A stretch of 64,000 nucleotides of DNA, from NCBI RefSeq assembly GCF_001829715.1, contig NZ_MICC01000076.1, positions 904 through 64,903 of the forward strand, written 5' to 3'. Of the stretch, positions 38,062 through 46,552 are shown in pieces. The notes below the pieces were generated by a model, which worked only from the letters and a program-made list of their open reading frames with translations, did not search any database and was not told the DNA's origin. This DNA comes from Sulfurimonas sp. RIFOXYB12_FULL_35_9. Its GTDB lineage: Bacteria > Campylobacterota > Campylobacteria > Campylobacterales > Sulfurimonadaceae. The stretch's first letter is position 1. Each line of letters begins with the position of its first letter. The position numbers were made by a program, and so were the translations under genes.

Positions 38062-38446
38062 TTAAAACCTCTAAAGCATTTCGTAATGTTTCTCTGCTTA
38101 CTTTTACTTTGAAATGCTCTTTAGCATAGTTGCTTAACTCTTGATATGACGCCCCACGATTTCTAAGCACTTGAAGCTGTGGCAGATAATCTTTATATGT
38201 TTTTATCTTGCTTTGTTGTTTAACTTTCTCTTCTCTCGAGAGTTCAATTTCAGAGAATTCTGAAAATACTTTTAAAGCTTTGTTGGGGCGGTCATTGTTT
38301 TTAGCAGCGTAACGATAAACCAATTCAAGCAATTGATCAAGAACGATATTCATATCATTAACATTAGCAGATAAAGATATTCTATCATTAAGATTTTTAA
38401 TGCCTAATCTTGCACTTGCTTCTAATTCTAAAAATTTTTTACTCAT
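38054..38446 (-). CDS. small C-terminal HTH protein (accessory DNA-binding partner)
   Basis: The 130-aa protein has a Hin/resolvase-like HTH, LRNRGASYQELSNYAKEHFKVKVSRETLRNAL. Its stop overlaps the next gene's start by 8 nt. Confidence 0.5.
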   Translation of the reverse strand: MSKKFLELEASARLGIKNLNDRISLSANVNDMNIVLDQLLELVYRYAAKNNDRPNKALKVFSEFSEIELSREEKVKQQSKIKTYKDYLPQLQVLRNRGASYQELSNYAKEHFKVKVSRETLRNALEVLNV

Positions 38447-38468
38447 TAATAGGTTCTCCTTTAGATTT

Positions 38469-38497
38469 ATCCTTTTATCGCATAGCGATAAAAGGAT
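38469..38497. promoter_or_regulatory. perfect 13-bp-arm palindrome upstream of the HTH/recombinase-like operon (oriT, operator or recombination site candidate)
   Basis: The sequence atccttttatcgc-ata-gcgataaaaggat lies 23 bp upstream of the start at 38446. Confidence 0.6.
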
Positions 38498-38728
38498 GAA
38501 TCTCCTAGAAGAAGATTAGAAAATATCTAACAGTTATTTAAAGGTAATTCAATAAATAAACAAGCTAAAAACACAGAAATGTACTCTGCTATAAAGATAA
38601 CTTTATAGAATTTTTTTAGCTTGGCACCCGTATGCGTTCAGACAGATTTCTTTTTATTGGAAGAATAACCGGGATAAATTTTTTCACAAAAAAACTTTCA
38701 AAAAAGAGGGTGCGAATATGCTTAAAGT

Positions 38729-38944
38729 TTAGCGGACTTTGTCGGCGACTTTGAGGTGCATTTGACTAAAAAAATTTGTAGTAGCTTGTATTGGTTTATT
38801 TTGTATAGTGATTGTCATTTTTGCACCGTTAATATCGTAGAGCGGATAAAGCCCCGACTCAAGGCTATGATAAGTTATATATACTTTTGCAAAAAAAATT
38901 GCAATAAATACAAAAATAGCAAAAAAGAGAAATGCAAACAACAA
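38729..38944 (-). CDS. possible small membrane protein
   Basis: The ORF starts with TTG and has a hydrophobic N-terminus, LFAFLFFAIFVFIAIFF. Support for coding is weak. Confidence 0.25.
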   Translation of the reverse strand: MLFAFLFFAIFVFIAIFFAKVYITYHSLESGLYPLYDINGAKMTITIQNKPIQATTNFFSQMHLKVADKVR

Positions 38945-39021
38945 AGAAAGTTCGTAAACATGGGAGTATTGCGTTAAGAAGCGTTAGCTTCTTGACGCAA
39001 GGTATTCTTGCAATGGGGTTG

Positions 39022-40197
39022 CTATTGTTGATAAGTAACGCTATTAACTATTTCTTGCTTTAAATTTATATTAAAGCCTTTTGCATACGTATCAATGGTT
39101 AACGCCTCGCCTTTGTGTTTTGAATGTCCGACGATCTCTTGAATTATTAATAATTTTTCAGGAAAATTATTAATACATTCAGCGATAAAATTCGCTCTGC
39201 AAGTATGTATAGTTTTTGTGTGTCCTTTCTCAATTACTCTATAAAGCTCTCTTAACATTTTTTTCTGCATAGCTGAACTTGACTTACCCGGGAATAGCGG
39301 AAAGTTTGTATGCTCAATAAGTCCTATAATACTCGTATGTATCGGAACTTTTCTCGTTGCGTTTGTTGATTTTCCAATTTTAACATTGAAATATTTAATG
39401 CCTTCTTCTTCTTTTATGTCTTCATTCGTTAATCTATGCACGTCGTCAATTCTCATTCCAGTATACATAAGAATTTTTAAAGTCGTTGCAACATTTTCTT
39501 CATAATCAAATTGTAAAATATTATTAACTTCTTGGTATGTGAAGTTTTCTTTAACAACCGCTTCTTCTTTCAAATTTTCAAGTGCTTTTACATTATTTTC
39601 TTTAATAAGTTTATAATTAATTGCAAATTCAATAAAAGAATTAATGTACATGAAATGATTATTGATAGTTTTATTCTTAATTTCAGCAGATTTTAAATAA
39701 TTTCTAAAAGCTTTAAAATCGTCAATAGTTATATCGTCAATCGCTTTTTCTTCAAAATATCTTTGAAGTTTTTTAAATGTACCTGCATACGCTTTATAAG
39801 TTGAGTGCTTTACTTTGTCTAGTTCTTTTTTTTCTTGAATAAATTTAGCTTCCAACACAAACCAGTTCAACGGCAAATGATTACGATTATTTGCAAATTC
39901 ATTTAAAGTTTCGTGTGCTTGTTTCATTTTTCGCATTTCATTTTCAATTTCTAAAACTTCTTTATGCGTTTTTAAAGCGTCAAGTCTTCGACGCTCAAAC
40001 TCTTCTTCTGTATCGTACTCAAAAATATATTCATAGTCGCCAAATTTTAATGTATGCAACAGCTCTTCCTTTGACATTATATTTAACAATTTCTTACGCT
40101 GTAAAGCTGTTTTAAGCTGTTGCGTTTGAAGTGATATTCTATATAATTTTTTATTAATCCTTTTACGATAGTAAAAAATATTATCAACTTTATACAA
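39022..40197 (-). CDS. tyrosine recombinase / integrase (element B)
   Basis: The catalytic residues are TGMRIDDVHRL (Arg), KSTNATRKVPIH (Lys), HTCRANFIAECI (HxxR), IVGHSK (His) and TIDTYAKG (Tyr). The gene lies 112 bp from the tRNA-Ser 3' end. Confidence 0.88.
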   Translation of the reverse strand: MYKVDNIFYYRKRINKKLYRISLQTQQLKTALQRKKLLNIMSKEELLHTLKFGDYEYIFEYDTEEEFERRRLDALKTHKEVLEIENEMRKMKQAHETLNEFANNRNHLPLNWFVLEAKFIQEKKELDKVKHSTYKAYAGTFKKLQRYFEEKAIDDITIDDFKAFRNYLKSAEIKNKTINNHFMYINSFIEFAINYKLIKENNVKALENLKEEAVVKENFTYQEVNNILQFDYEENVATTLKILMYTGMRIDDVHRLTNEDIKEEEGIKYFNVKIGKSTNATRKVPIHTSIIGLIEHTNFPLFPGKSSSAMQKKMLRELYRVIEKGHTKTIHTCRANFIAECINNFPEKLLIIQEIVGHSKHKGEALTIDTYAKGFNINLKQEIVNSVTYQQ

Positions 40198-40206
40198 ATT
40201 TTTTGC

Positions 40207-40240
40207 AGTATCATACTTTTTCGCAAAAGTATCATAGTTT
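40207..40240. promoter_or_regulatory. pair of arm-type repeats (element B, tRNA-proximal arm)
   Basis: AGTATCATACT lies at 40207 and AGTATCATAGT at 40228, 21 bp apart. They have the same orientation as the pair at 36145/36166. Confidence 0.55.
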
Positions 40241-40308
40241 GTCTTTATAGCTAATTTAAAATCAGTAGAAGCACCTATTTCACGGGGTTTTGAGGGGTTT
40301 TGTAAATG

Positions 40309-40329
40309 GTGGTGGACAGTGAGGGATTT
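40309..40329. repeat. att core, tRNA copy
   Basis: The 21 bp are identical to 36063-36083. They cover the CCA end, the acceptor 3' strand and part of the T stem. Confidence 0.8.
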
Positions 40330-40397
40330 GAACCCTCGGTAGGTTTCCCTACGCTACCTTTCCAAGGTAGTAGATTAAACCGCTCTCCCAACTGTCC
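40310..40397 (-). tRNA. tRNA-Ser (anticodon GGA), 88 nt with encoded CCA
   Basis: Folded by hand, the acceptor stem is GGACAGT/ACTGTCC. The anticodon stem is CTACC/GGTAG with loop TTGGAAA. The long variable arm is GTAGG-GAAA-CCTAC. The T arm is GAGGG-TTCAAAT-CCCTC, followed by A-CCA. Confidence 0.9.
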
Positions 40398-40484
40398 GGT
40401 GAAGAGCCGAAATTCTACACTTTTAAGACTTAATTTAAGCAATACTTTTATAAAAGTGTCTGGTAAAACACTCTTGATAAATCA

Positions 40485-41129
40485 TTACATCAAATCGCTG
40501 TAGTCATACTTTTGCAGATCTATATATAGTTTTTTGCCTATGGCTATGATTCGAGAGTCATCTTTTGAGTATTCTTTAAACTTCTCTTTTATTTTTGATA
40601 TTTTTTTCTTTGAAAAGTCTCTACTCTTTAAATATTTGTTTAATGACATCAATCTTCTGTTTTCTAAAGGCTCTTCCGAGCTATTCTCTTCTATCTCTGC
40701 TTCGAAAAGTTCCTCTTTATTTTGAGGAGTGCTTAATATAAATTTTGAAGAGATAGCGTTGATAATACTTTTTAGCTGCTCATCTTTTTCTTTATAAATC
40801 TGCTCAATCTTTATTCTCTCTTCTATAAGCATCTTCTCTTTTTGATCTCTTAGAGTTCTGGTTTCGCCCTCAAGAGTTTCAACTTTTTGCTGTAGTTTAA
40901 TATTTTGGTCTTCTAAAAATTTATAATATCTCTCATCTGTATGATTGAGTGATTTTTTGCTATCTGTTTTTCTTAATACTGCTTGAATTTTATCGTCATC
41001 ACCGAGCATAACAAGCTTTATTCCATCCTCAACAACGCTTTGTAGAGAACCTCTTCTTATGCGATTATGAATTGCTTCTCTTGATACGCCAAGTTGCTCT
41101 GCAGCATCTGAGATAGATAGTTTTTGCAT
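40485..41129 (-). CDS. HTH (excisionase/MerR-type) DNA-binding protein with long coiled coil
   Basis: The N-terminus reads LSISDAAEQLGVSREAIHNRIRRGSL. The rest of the protein is a charged heptad-like region. Confidence 0.5.
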   Translation of the reverse strand: MQKLSISDAAEQLGVSREAIHNRIRRGSLQSVVEDGIKLVMLGDDDKIQAVLRKTDSKKSLNHTDERYYKFLEDQNIKLQQKVETLEGETRTLRDQKEKMLIEERIKIEQIYKEKDEQLKSIINAISSKFILSTPQNKEELFEAEIEENSSEEPLENRRLMSLNKYLKSRDFSKKKISKIKEKFKEYSKDDSRIIAIGKKLYIDLQKYDYSDLM

Positions 41130-41141
41130 ATAAATATTCCC

Positions 41142-41639
41142 TTATCTCATATTCTCAAAAACTAAAGGTGCTTCCCACTCCATAGAGCGAATCGCTGAGA
41201 TTACTTTTTGCAAATCATCTATTTTCGCCCCTTTTACTCTTATTGAGTCACCCTCTATTTGAGCCGTAACTTTGAGTTTTAGGTTTTTTATCTCCGCAAC
41301 TATTTTTTTAGCCTCTTTTGACTCAATATAATCAACAATCTTAAAAGTCACCTTTCTATTGTTTCCGCTTGCATTTTCAGTTTTTGCCTCTTCCAAAACC
41401 TTTGAAGAAAGTTCTTGGTTTAGAAGTTTTGCTATAACTATATCTTTAAGTGCATCGAGCTTGTTATCGCTTGATGCTACTAACACCAAAAGCTTATCTT
41501 TCTCTTTATAGTCAATCTCGTAAGTCGTACCTTTAAAATCGTAACGGTTTGCGACCTCTTTATCGGCGGAATTAACAGCGTTTTTAAACCTCTGCATATC
41601 TATCTTTGCACTTATATCAAATGAATACTCTTTTGCCAT
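41142..41639 (-). CDS. yajQ: YajQ-family nucleotide-binding protein (UPF0234)
   Basis: The start MAKEYSFDISAKIDMQ is typical of YajQ, so I preferred the ATG at 41639. The length is about 165 aa. Confidence 0.75.
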   Translation of the reverse strand: MAKEYSFDISAKIDMQRFKNAVNSADKEVANRYDFKGTTYEIDYKEKDKLLVLVASSDNKLDALKDIVIAKLLNQELSSKVLEEAKTENASGNNRKVTFKIVDYIESKEAKKIVAEIKNLKLKVTAQIEGDSIRVKGAKIDDLQKVISAIRSMEWEAPLVFENMR

Positions 41640-41705
41640 TACTAACACTCCATATTTTTAAAACTAACAATAATTAATTATATAACAAACAAAATCTAAA
41701 ACAAC

Positions 41706-42389
41706 TTAAAAGCTTAAACCGCCGCCAAAATTAGAAAAAGATGGATCCATATAGCCAAACATGACACTTCTTGCTCTTAGTTTTTCTATATCTGCTTTGC
41801 TTGAAATACCTTGCGGGCAGACAAGCGTGCATGCATTGCAAAGCGTACAATCCCAAACACCGTTTATCTGAACAGTGTCAATCTTCTCTTTTTTATTTAG
41901 CTCTCTCTTATCACTAACATATCTCCAAACTCTTGTTAGCGAAAACGGCCCTAAAAACTCACTGTTTATTGCATAAACCGGACAAGCACTATAGCAAGAG
42001 CCGCAAAGTATGCAATTGCTCTGTACTTCATTTAACTTTTCATCTTCATGTGAGAGTAAAACACTGCTTGTGATAGAACTCTGATATGCTTTTGCCTTTG
42101 CATTAAAAGCATAAGCCTTATCCATGTCTACAACCAAATCACGAATAACGGGAGTGTTATTTAGAGGCTCAACAAAATCGCCATCTTGCACATGGTAAGA
42201 ACAGGCTAAAACTTCTCTGCCATTTACTCTTACCGCACAACTTCCGCAGACGCTGCTTCGGCATCCACTGTTATATGCAAGAGAGCAGTCTTGCGTAATT
42301 TTTATCTCATTTAATGCTTCTAGCAGAGTTTGATTTTTTGCCTCAATTTCATAACAAACAACACTATCTCTTTTGATATTAATCTTCAT
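41706..42389 (-). CDS. sdhB: succinate dehydrogenase/fumarate reductase iron-sulfur subunit
   Basis: The cysteine clusters are CRSSVCGSCAV...C for 2Fe-2S, then CILCGSCYSACP and CTLCNACTLVCP. Confidence 0.85.
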   Translation of the reverse strand: MKINIKRDSVVCYEIEAKNQTLLEALNEIKITQDCSLAYNSGCRSSVCGSCAVRVNGREVLACSYHVQDGDFVEPLNNTPVIRDLVVDMDKAYAFNAKAKAYQSSITSSVLLSHEDEKLNEVQSNCILCGSCYSACPVYAINSEFLGPFSLTRVWRYVSDKRELNKKEKIDTVQINGVWDCTLCNACTLVCPQGISSKADIEKLRARSVMFGYMDPSFSNFGGGLSF

Positions 42390-43986
42390 AACAAATCGCT
42401 CCGTTTTTATCTATTATCGAATGAGCTTTGAATTTTTCATCATCTGCTGTTGGAAAATCAACTCTAAAATGTGCTCCTCTGCTCTCTTGCCTGTTTATTG
42501 CAGAGATGATAATAAATTCGGCGAGTTCAAGCATATTTTTAAACTCTAAAAACTCTATGAGATTTGTGTTATATATTTTTGTTTTATCACTCAGACCCAT
42601 CTTTGGTAAAATACTTTTTATCTCTTGGACTTCATTCAAAACATTTTGCAGAGCGGTTTTATCCCTTTTTATTCCGACATTTTTATAAAACAGATCTCCT
42701 ATAAATTTCTGCTTTTCATAAAAATTTATCTCATTCGTATACTCTTTTATCTCTGTGATTTGCTCTTGTAAAACTATTTTTCGCTCTTGCAAATCTAGAT
42801 TTTTATCAGTGTTTTTTGCATACTCTGCCGCATTTTTTCCGACTTGCCTGCCAAATACTACAAGCTCTAAAAGAGAGTTTCCGCCTAGCCTGTTTGCTCC
42901 ATGAACTCTATGGTTCGCACACTCTCCCACCGCATATAGTCCGGCTATACATGTAGAGGAGTTTTCATCTACGTCTATTCCGCCCATCGTATAGTGTGCT
43001 GCAGGTTTTATGGGAATTAGCTCACATGTAGGATCAATATTTTCATACAGTTTCGCAAGTTTTGCCTCTTGCGGAAGCTCTTTTTCTATAAATTCTAATC
43101 CTAAATGGCGAATATCTAAAAATATATCTTCCCCTTTTGCTATCTCATCATCAATAGCTTTTGAGACTTCATCGCGTGGCAAAAGTTCATTGACAAACCG
43201 CTCACCTTTTGAGTTTAAGATATATCCGCCTGCGCCTCTAGCACTCTCGGAAATTAAAATGGAGGAGTTTTTAAGAGCGGTGGGATGAAACTGTACAAAC
43301 TCCAAATCACTCGCTTTTGCTCCTGCCCTTAGTGCTGTTGCTATGCCGTCGCCGGTAGATGAAACAGAATTTGTCGAGTAGTTATGGTAAATCCTGCTAT
43401 ATCCGCCCGTTGCTACGATAACGCTTTGCGCTTCATACGTTTGTACTTCGCCGCTTCTTTTGTTTAAAACACTGACACCGTAAACAAAAATTTTCTCTTG
43501 AGCATCTTTACATGTAAGAAACTCTAAGAGATATCGCTCATTTAAAATCTCAATTCCCTCTGCCAAACATCTGTCATAAAGCGTGTGAAGAATCTTTAAT
43601 CCTGTATAATCTTGTGCATAACATGCTCTTGGAGCATAAGCACCGCCTAGTTTTCTTTGAGCGATTTTTGACTCATTAGTTCTGCTAAAACCAACACCGA
43701 TACTATCAAGCCACGCTACTGCATGAGGAGCTTCTTGACACATATATCGCACTGCATTTTCATCTGCCAAGCCAGCGGCAGATTTAAGCGTATTTTGTAC
43801 ATGTAGCTCTATGCTATCGCCGCCATCTTCTGACAAAACGGCATTTATACCGCCTTGAGCCATACATGTCTGGCTTCTTGTCGGGTACTCTTTTGTTATA
43901 ACCGTTACTTTCGCACCGCTCTCTTTTGCACTAAGCGCGGCAACAAGCCCTGCTCCGCCTGCTCCTATAATTATCACACTTTTCAT
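42379..43986 (-). CDS. sdhA: succinate dehydrogenase/fumarate reductase flavoprotein subunit
   Basis: I preferred the ATG at 43986 (MKSVIIIGAGGAGLVAA). Other motifs are HPTAL and HYTMGGI. The gene overlaps the Fe-S subunit gene by 11 nt. The listed 565-aa ORF has an implausible Cys-rich leader. Confidence 0.85.
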   Translation of the reverse strand: MKSVIIIGAGGAGLVAALSAKESGAKVTVITKEYPTRSQTCMAQGGINAVLSEDGGDSIELHVQNTLKSAAGLADENAVRYMCQEAPHAVAWLDSIGVGFSRTNESKIAQRKLGGAYAPRACYAQDYTGLKILHTLYDRCLAEGIEILNERYLLEFLTCKDAQEKIFVYGVSVLNKRSGEVQTYEAQSVIVATGGYSRIYHNYSTNSVSSTGDGIATALRAGAKASDLEFVQFHPTALKNSSILISESARGAGGYILNSKGERFVNELLPRDEVSKAIDDEIAKGEDIFLDIRHLGLEFIEKELPQEAKLAKLYENIDPTCELIPIKPAAHYTMGGIDVDENSSTCIAGLYAVGECANHRVHGANRLGGNSLLELVVFGRQVGKNAAEYAKNTDKNLDLQERKIVLQEQITEIKEYTNEINFYEKQKFIGDLFYKNVGIKRDKTALQNVLNEVQEIKSILPKMGLSDKTKIYNTNLIEFLEFKNMLELAEFIIISAINRQESRGAHFRVDFPTADDEKFKAHSIIDKNGAICYED

Positions 43987-44009
43987 TTTTTCACCATATT
44001 TCAATTTTC

Positions 44010-44330
44010 CTACACCACAAGTGTTAGAGCATAATATCTTGCAATCCTCAAACCACCGGCTATTATAACAAACCAAACAAACCTAAGCCTAACTACTCCG
44101 GCAACCAGTGTTAGCGGATCTCCGATTATAGGAAGCCAAGATAAGAGAAGTCCATAGTATCCATAACGATGCCCATAGTTGTACGAGAGAGTTCCTATTT
44201 TTGAAGAGAGAAGTTTTGTTTTAGTTTTTTCATAGAGCCAAAAGCCAAAAAAATAATTAACGATTATTGCAACTATATTTCCGCTTGAAGCAAATATCAA
44301 AGCGGATGCTACAGGCATATCGTTTGCCAA
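44010..44330 (-). CDS. YqaA/DedA-type membrane protein (N-terminus uncertain)
   Basis: The region GLLLSWLPIIGDPLTLVAGV is characteristic. The frame stays open upstream to about 44440 and encodes family-typical ...FLSAALAATILPFSSEVAFV. No ATG, GTG or TTG is available in that stretch. Confidence 0.55.
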   Translation of the reverse strand: MANDMPVASALIFASSGNIVAIIVNYFFGFWLYEKTKTKLLSSKIGTLSYNYGHRYGYYGLLLSWLPIIGDPLTLVAGVVRLRFVWFVIIAGGLRIARYYALTLVV

Positions 44331-44419
44331 AGCCGTAACAAATGCTACTTCAGAACTAAATGGTAAAATTGTCGCTGCTAAAGCGGCAGATAAAAAAAGT
44401 ATAAATTCTGCGATAGGGT

Positions 44420-45346
44420 CTACCTCGTAAATGCTTTTATATTTTCCACAACACCTGCAATAAGTCTCTCTCTTGCTTCAACACTCGCCCAAGCGATATG
44501 AGGAGTAATATATAGATTTTCTTGATTTTTTACTCTTAAGAGCGGATGATTTTCTCTCATCGGTTCTTTTTCCAAAACATCTAAACCAAAATAGATATTT
44601 TTTGTTTCAACAATGCGTGCGACAGCCTCTTCATCGACAATTCCGCCACGTCCTAGATTTAAAACAACTGCCCCGTTTTTACAAGTTAATAACTGCTCAT
44701 AACCCAAAAGATTGAGAGTTTTCTCATTTAGCGGTGCATGTATGGAGATGATATCACATGTATTTAGAAGCTCATCCAAATCTACTTGTACAAAATCAGT
44801 TGAGCTGTTTTTGCCGCTTGTTGAGTAGTAGCATATATCTGCACCGAATGTTTTTGCAACATTTGCGACTCCACGACCGATAGTTCCCAAACCGATAATT
44901 CCCCACTTTTTGCCTTTTACTTCAAAAAACGGTTTTGTTATATCCGTAAAAATCGGGCTTTTTGAATAAGAACCGCTTTTAACAAATCCATCATAATATC
45001 CGGAGTGTCCAACAAGATAAAAGAGCATTGAGAATGTATGCTGTATGACCGAATCGGTTGAATAGCCTGAGACATTTTTAACTTCAATTCCTATTTCTTT
45101 TGCAGCTTCAAGGTCTACATTATTCATGCCCGTCGCCGCAACACAGATAAGTTTTAACGATGGAGTATTTAACATGAGAGCTTTGGTTATAACAACTTTG
45201 TTAGTTACTATAACAGCTGCGTTAGCGATTCTCTCATGTGTCTGCTGCAAAGATGTAGTCTGATAAATATCGACATCGCCTAGTTTGAAAAAAGCACTTA
45301 AATCAGTATCTCCGAAAGTAAGAGCGTCAAGTATTACTATCTTCAC
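44420..45346 (-). CDS. D-isomer-specific 2-hydroxyacid dehydrogenase (glycerate dehydrogenase-like)
   Basis: The NAD-binding motif is [14 protein letters not shown] catalytic R/E/H pattern is present ([10 protein letters not shown] ... TPHIAW). Confidence 0.8.
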   Translation of the reverse strand: MKIVILDALTFGDTDLSAFFKLGDVDIYQTTSLQQTHERIANAAVIVTNKVVITKALMLNTPSLKLICVAATGMNNVDLEAAKEIGIEVKNVSGYSTDSVIQHTFSMLFYLVGHSGYYDGFVKSGSYSKSPIFTDITKPFFEVKGKKWGIIGLGTIGRGVANVAKTFGADICYYSTSGKNSSTDFVQVDLDELLNTCDIISIHAPLNEKTLNLLGYEQLLTCKNGAVVLNLGRGGIVDEEAVARIVETKNIYFGLDVLEKEPMRENHPLLRVKNQENLYITPHIAWASVEARERLIAGVVENIKAFTR

Positions 45347-46509
45347 TTCGTGTCTTTTACTTTGGTTATAAGATCTCTTGCTTTCTCTAGAGCTTTTTCT
45401 ACTTTGTCAAAAACAAGTGCAACTGCAAGCCTTCTGCCCTTATGAGCTTCAGGTTTACCGAAAATTCTCACAAAACTATTGTCGCTAAAGAGTGTCTCAT
45501 CTACATCTACGACTGGAGCGTAGCTGTGAACTTCCGACTTAAATGCGGCACTTGCACCTTCGCCGTAAAATGTAAATCCTAAAGGAAGACCAAGCACTGC
45601 TCTTAAATGAAGCGCAAATTCACTTTGAGACTGCGTGATGAGTGTTACCATTCCCGTATCATGTGGACGAGGTGAAACTTCTGAAAAGTAAACTTCATCC
45701 CCTTTTACAAATAGTTCAACACCGAATATACCGCGACCACCAAGCCCATCCGTAATAGTTTTAGCCATCTCTTGCGAACGTTGTTTTGCAACCTCACTCA
45801 TCTGCATCGGCTGCCATGAGAAAACATAATCTCCGTCTCTTTGCTCATGTCCGATAGGCTCACAAAAAACAGTCTCTTTACCGTTTCTAGCGGTAAGCAT
45901 CGTTATCTCATAATCAAAATCAATAAACGCCTCAACTATGAGTTCGCTCGCATCGCCTCTTGCTTCCTTTGCCATTTCCCATGAAGCATCTATATCATCT
46001 ATGCTTTTTGCAACGCTTTGACCATGTCCCGAACTGCTCATAACAGGTTTTATAACACATGGAAAGCCCATACGAATTGCTGCTTCTCTTAAACCCTCTT
46101 TTGTTGTTACAAACTCATACGGTCCTGTTTTAAGCCCCAAAACCTCAGCAGCAAAAGTACGGATATTTTTTCTATTCATGGTTTTGCTTACGGCACTTGC
46201 GTTTGGAATAACGTTATACCCTTTGTCTTCTGCGGCAAAAAGAGCGTCTATGCTTATAGCCTCGATTTCAGGAAGTATAAAATCCGGTTTTTCACGCTCT
46301 ATTATCTCCAAAAGAGCATCTTTATCCTGCATATTTACCACATAACTTCTGTGTGCTACATGATGTGCCGGAGCGTTTTGGTATCTATCGACTGCTATAA
46401 CTTCAAGACCAAGTCTTTGAGCTTCAATAGCTACTTCACGACCTAGTTCGCCTGAGCCGAGTAACATTATTTTTTTTGAGTTTGATTTTAGAGGAGCAGA
46501 GAAACGCAT
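45343..46509 (-). CDS. purT: formate-dependent phosphoribosylglycinamide formyltransferase
   Basis: The ATP-grasp protein starts [22 protein letters not shown]. The length is 388 aa and the organisation is typical of PurT. Confidence 0.88.
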   Translation of the reverse strand: MRFSAPLKSNSKKIMLLGSGELGREVAIEAQRLGLEVIAVDRYQNAPAHHVAHRSYVVNMQDKDALLEIIEREKPDFILPEIEAISIDALFAAEDKGYNVIPNASAVSKTMNRKNIRTFAAEVLGLKTGPYEFVTTKEGLREAAIRMGFPCVIKPVMSSSGHGQSVAKSIDDIDASWEMAKEARGDASELIVEAFIDFDYEITMLTARNGKETVFCEPIGHEQRDGDYVFSWQPMQMSEVAKQRSQEMAKTITDGLGGRGIFGVELFVKGDEVYFSEVSPRPHDTGMVTLITQSQSEFALHLRAVLGLPLGFTFYGEGASAAFKSEVHSYAPVVDVDETLFSDNSFVRIFGKPEAHKGRRLAVALVFDKVEKALEKARDLITKVKDTK

Positions 46510-46510
46510 A

Positions 46511-46540
46511 ATAATTCCTTCATTGATATGAAGGAATTAT
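46511..46540 (-). terminator. 12-bp-stem hairpin between flgE and purT, overlapping the purT ribosome-binding site
   Basis: The sequence ataattccttca-ttgata-tgaaggaattat is a perfect inverted repeat. On the minus strand, the AAGGA 6 nt before the purT ATG lies in the 3' arm. Confidence 0.5.
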
Positions 46541-46552
46541 ATCAAATAAAAC

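Larger units (their letters stand above)
36063..40329. mobile_element. integrative plasmid-like element B (~4.27 kb) inserted in the 3' end of tRNA-Ser
   Basis: The 21-bp sequence gtggtggacagtgagggattt lies at 36063-36083 and again at 40309-40329, where it is the tRNA 3' end. The integrase is adjacent to the tRNA. Paired AGTATCATAGT repeats lie inside both ends. A RepL-like gene with iterons is also present. Confidence 0.8.

Noticed and set aside
38756-38977. Listed 73-aa + strand ORF (MHLTKKICSS...)
   Set aside because: It is Cys/Lys-rich and low-complexity with no ribosome-binding site. It overlaps the slightly more plausible minus-strand membrane ORF, and neither is strongly supported.
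31198-40329. Prophage interpretation of the island
   Set aside because: No capsid, portal, terminase, tail or lysis genes are present, and each unit is only about 4.3 kb. An integrative plasmid or satellite-like element fits better.
40306-40503. Listed 65-aa + strand ORF (MVVDSEGFEPSVG...)
   Set aside because: It is the antisense read-through of tRNA-Ser (40310-40397). The peptide is just the translated tRNA complement.
43987-44076. N-terminal 30-codon extension of the flavoprotein subunit (MVCYNSRWFEDCK...)
   Set aside because: It overlaps the YqaA-like gene's 3' end. The FAD-binding fold begins right after the internal ATG at 43986 (MKSVIIIGAGGAG).
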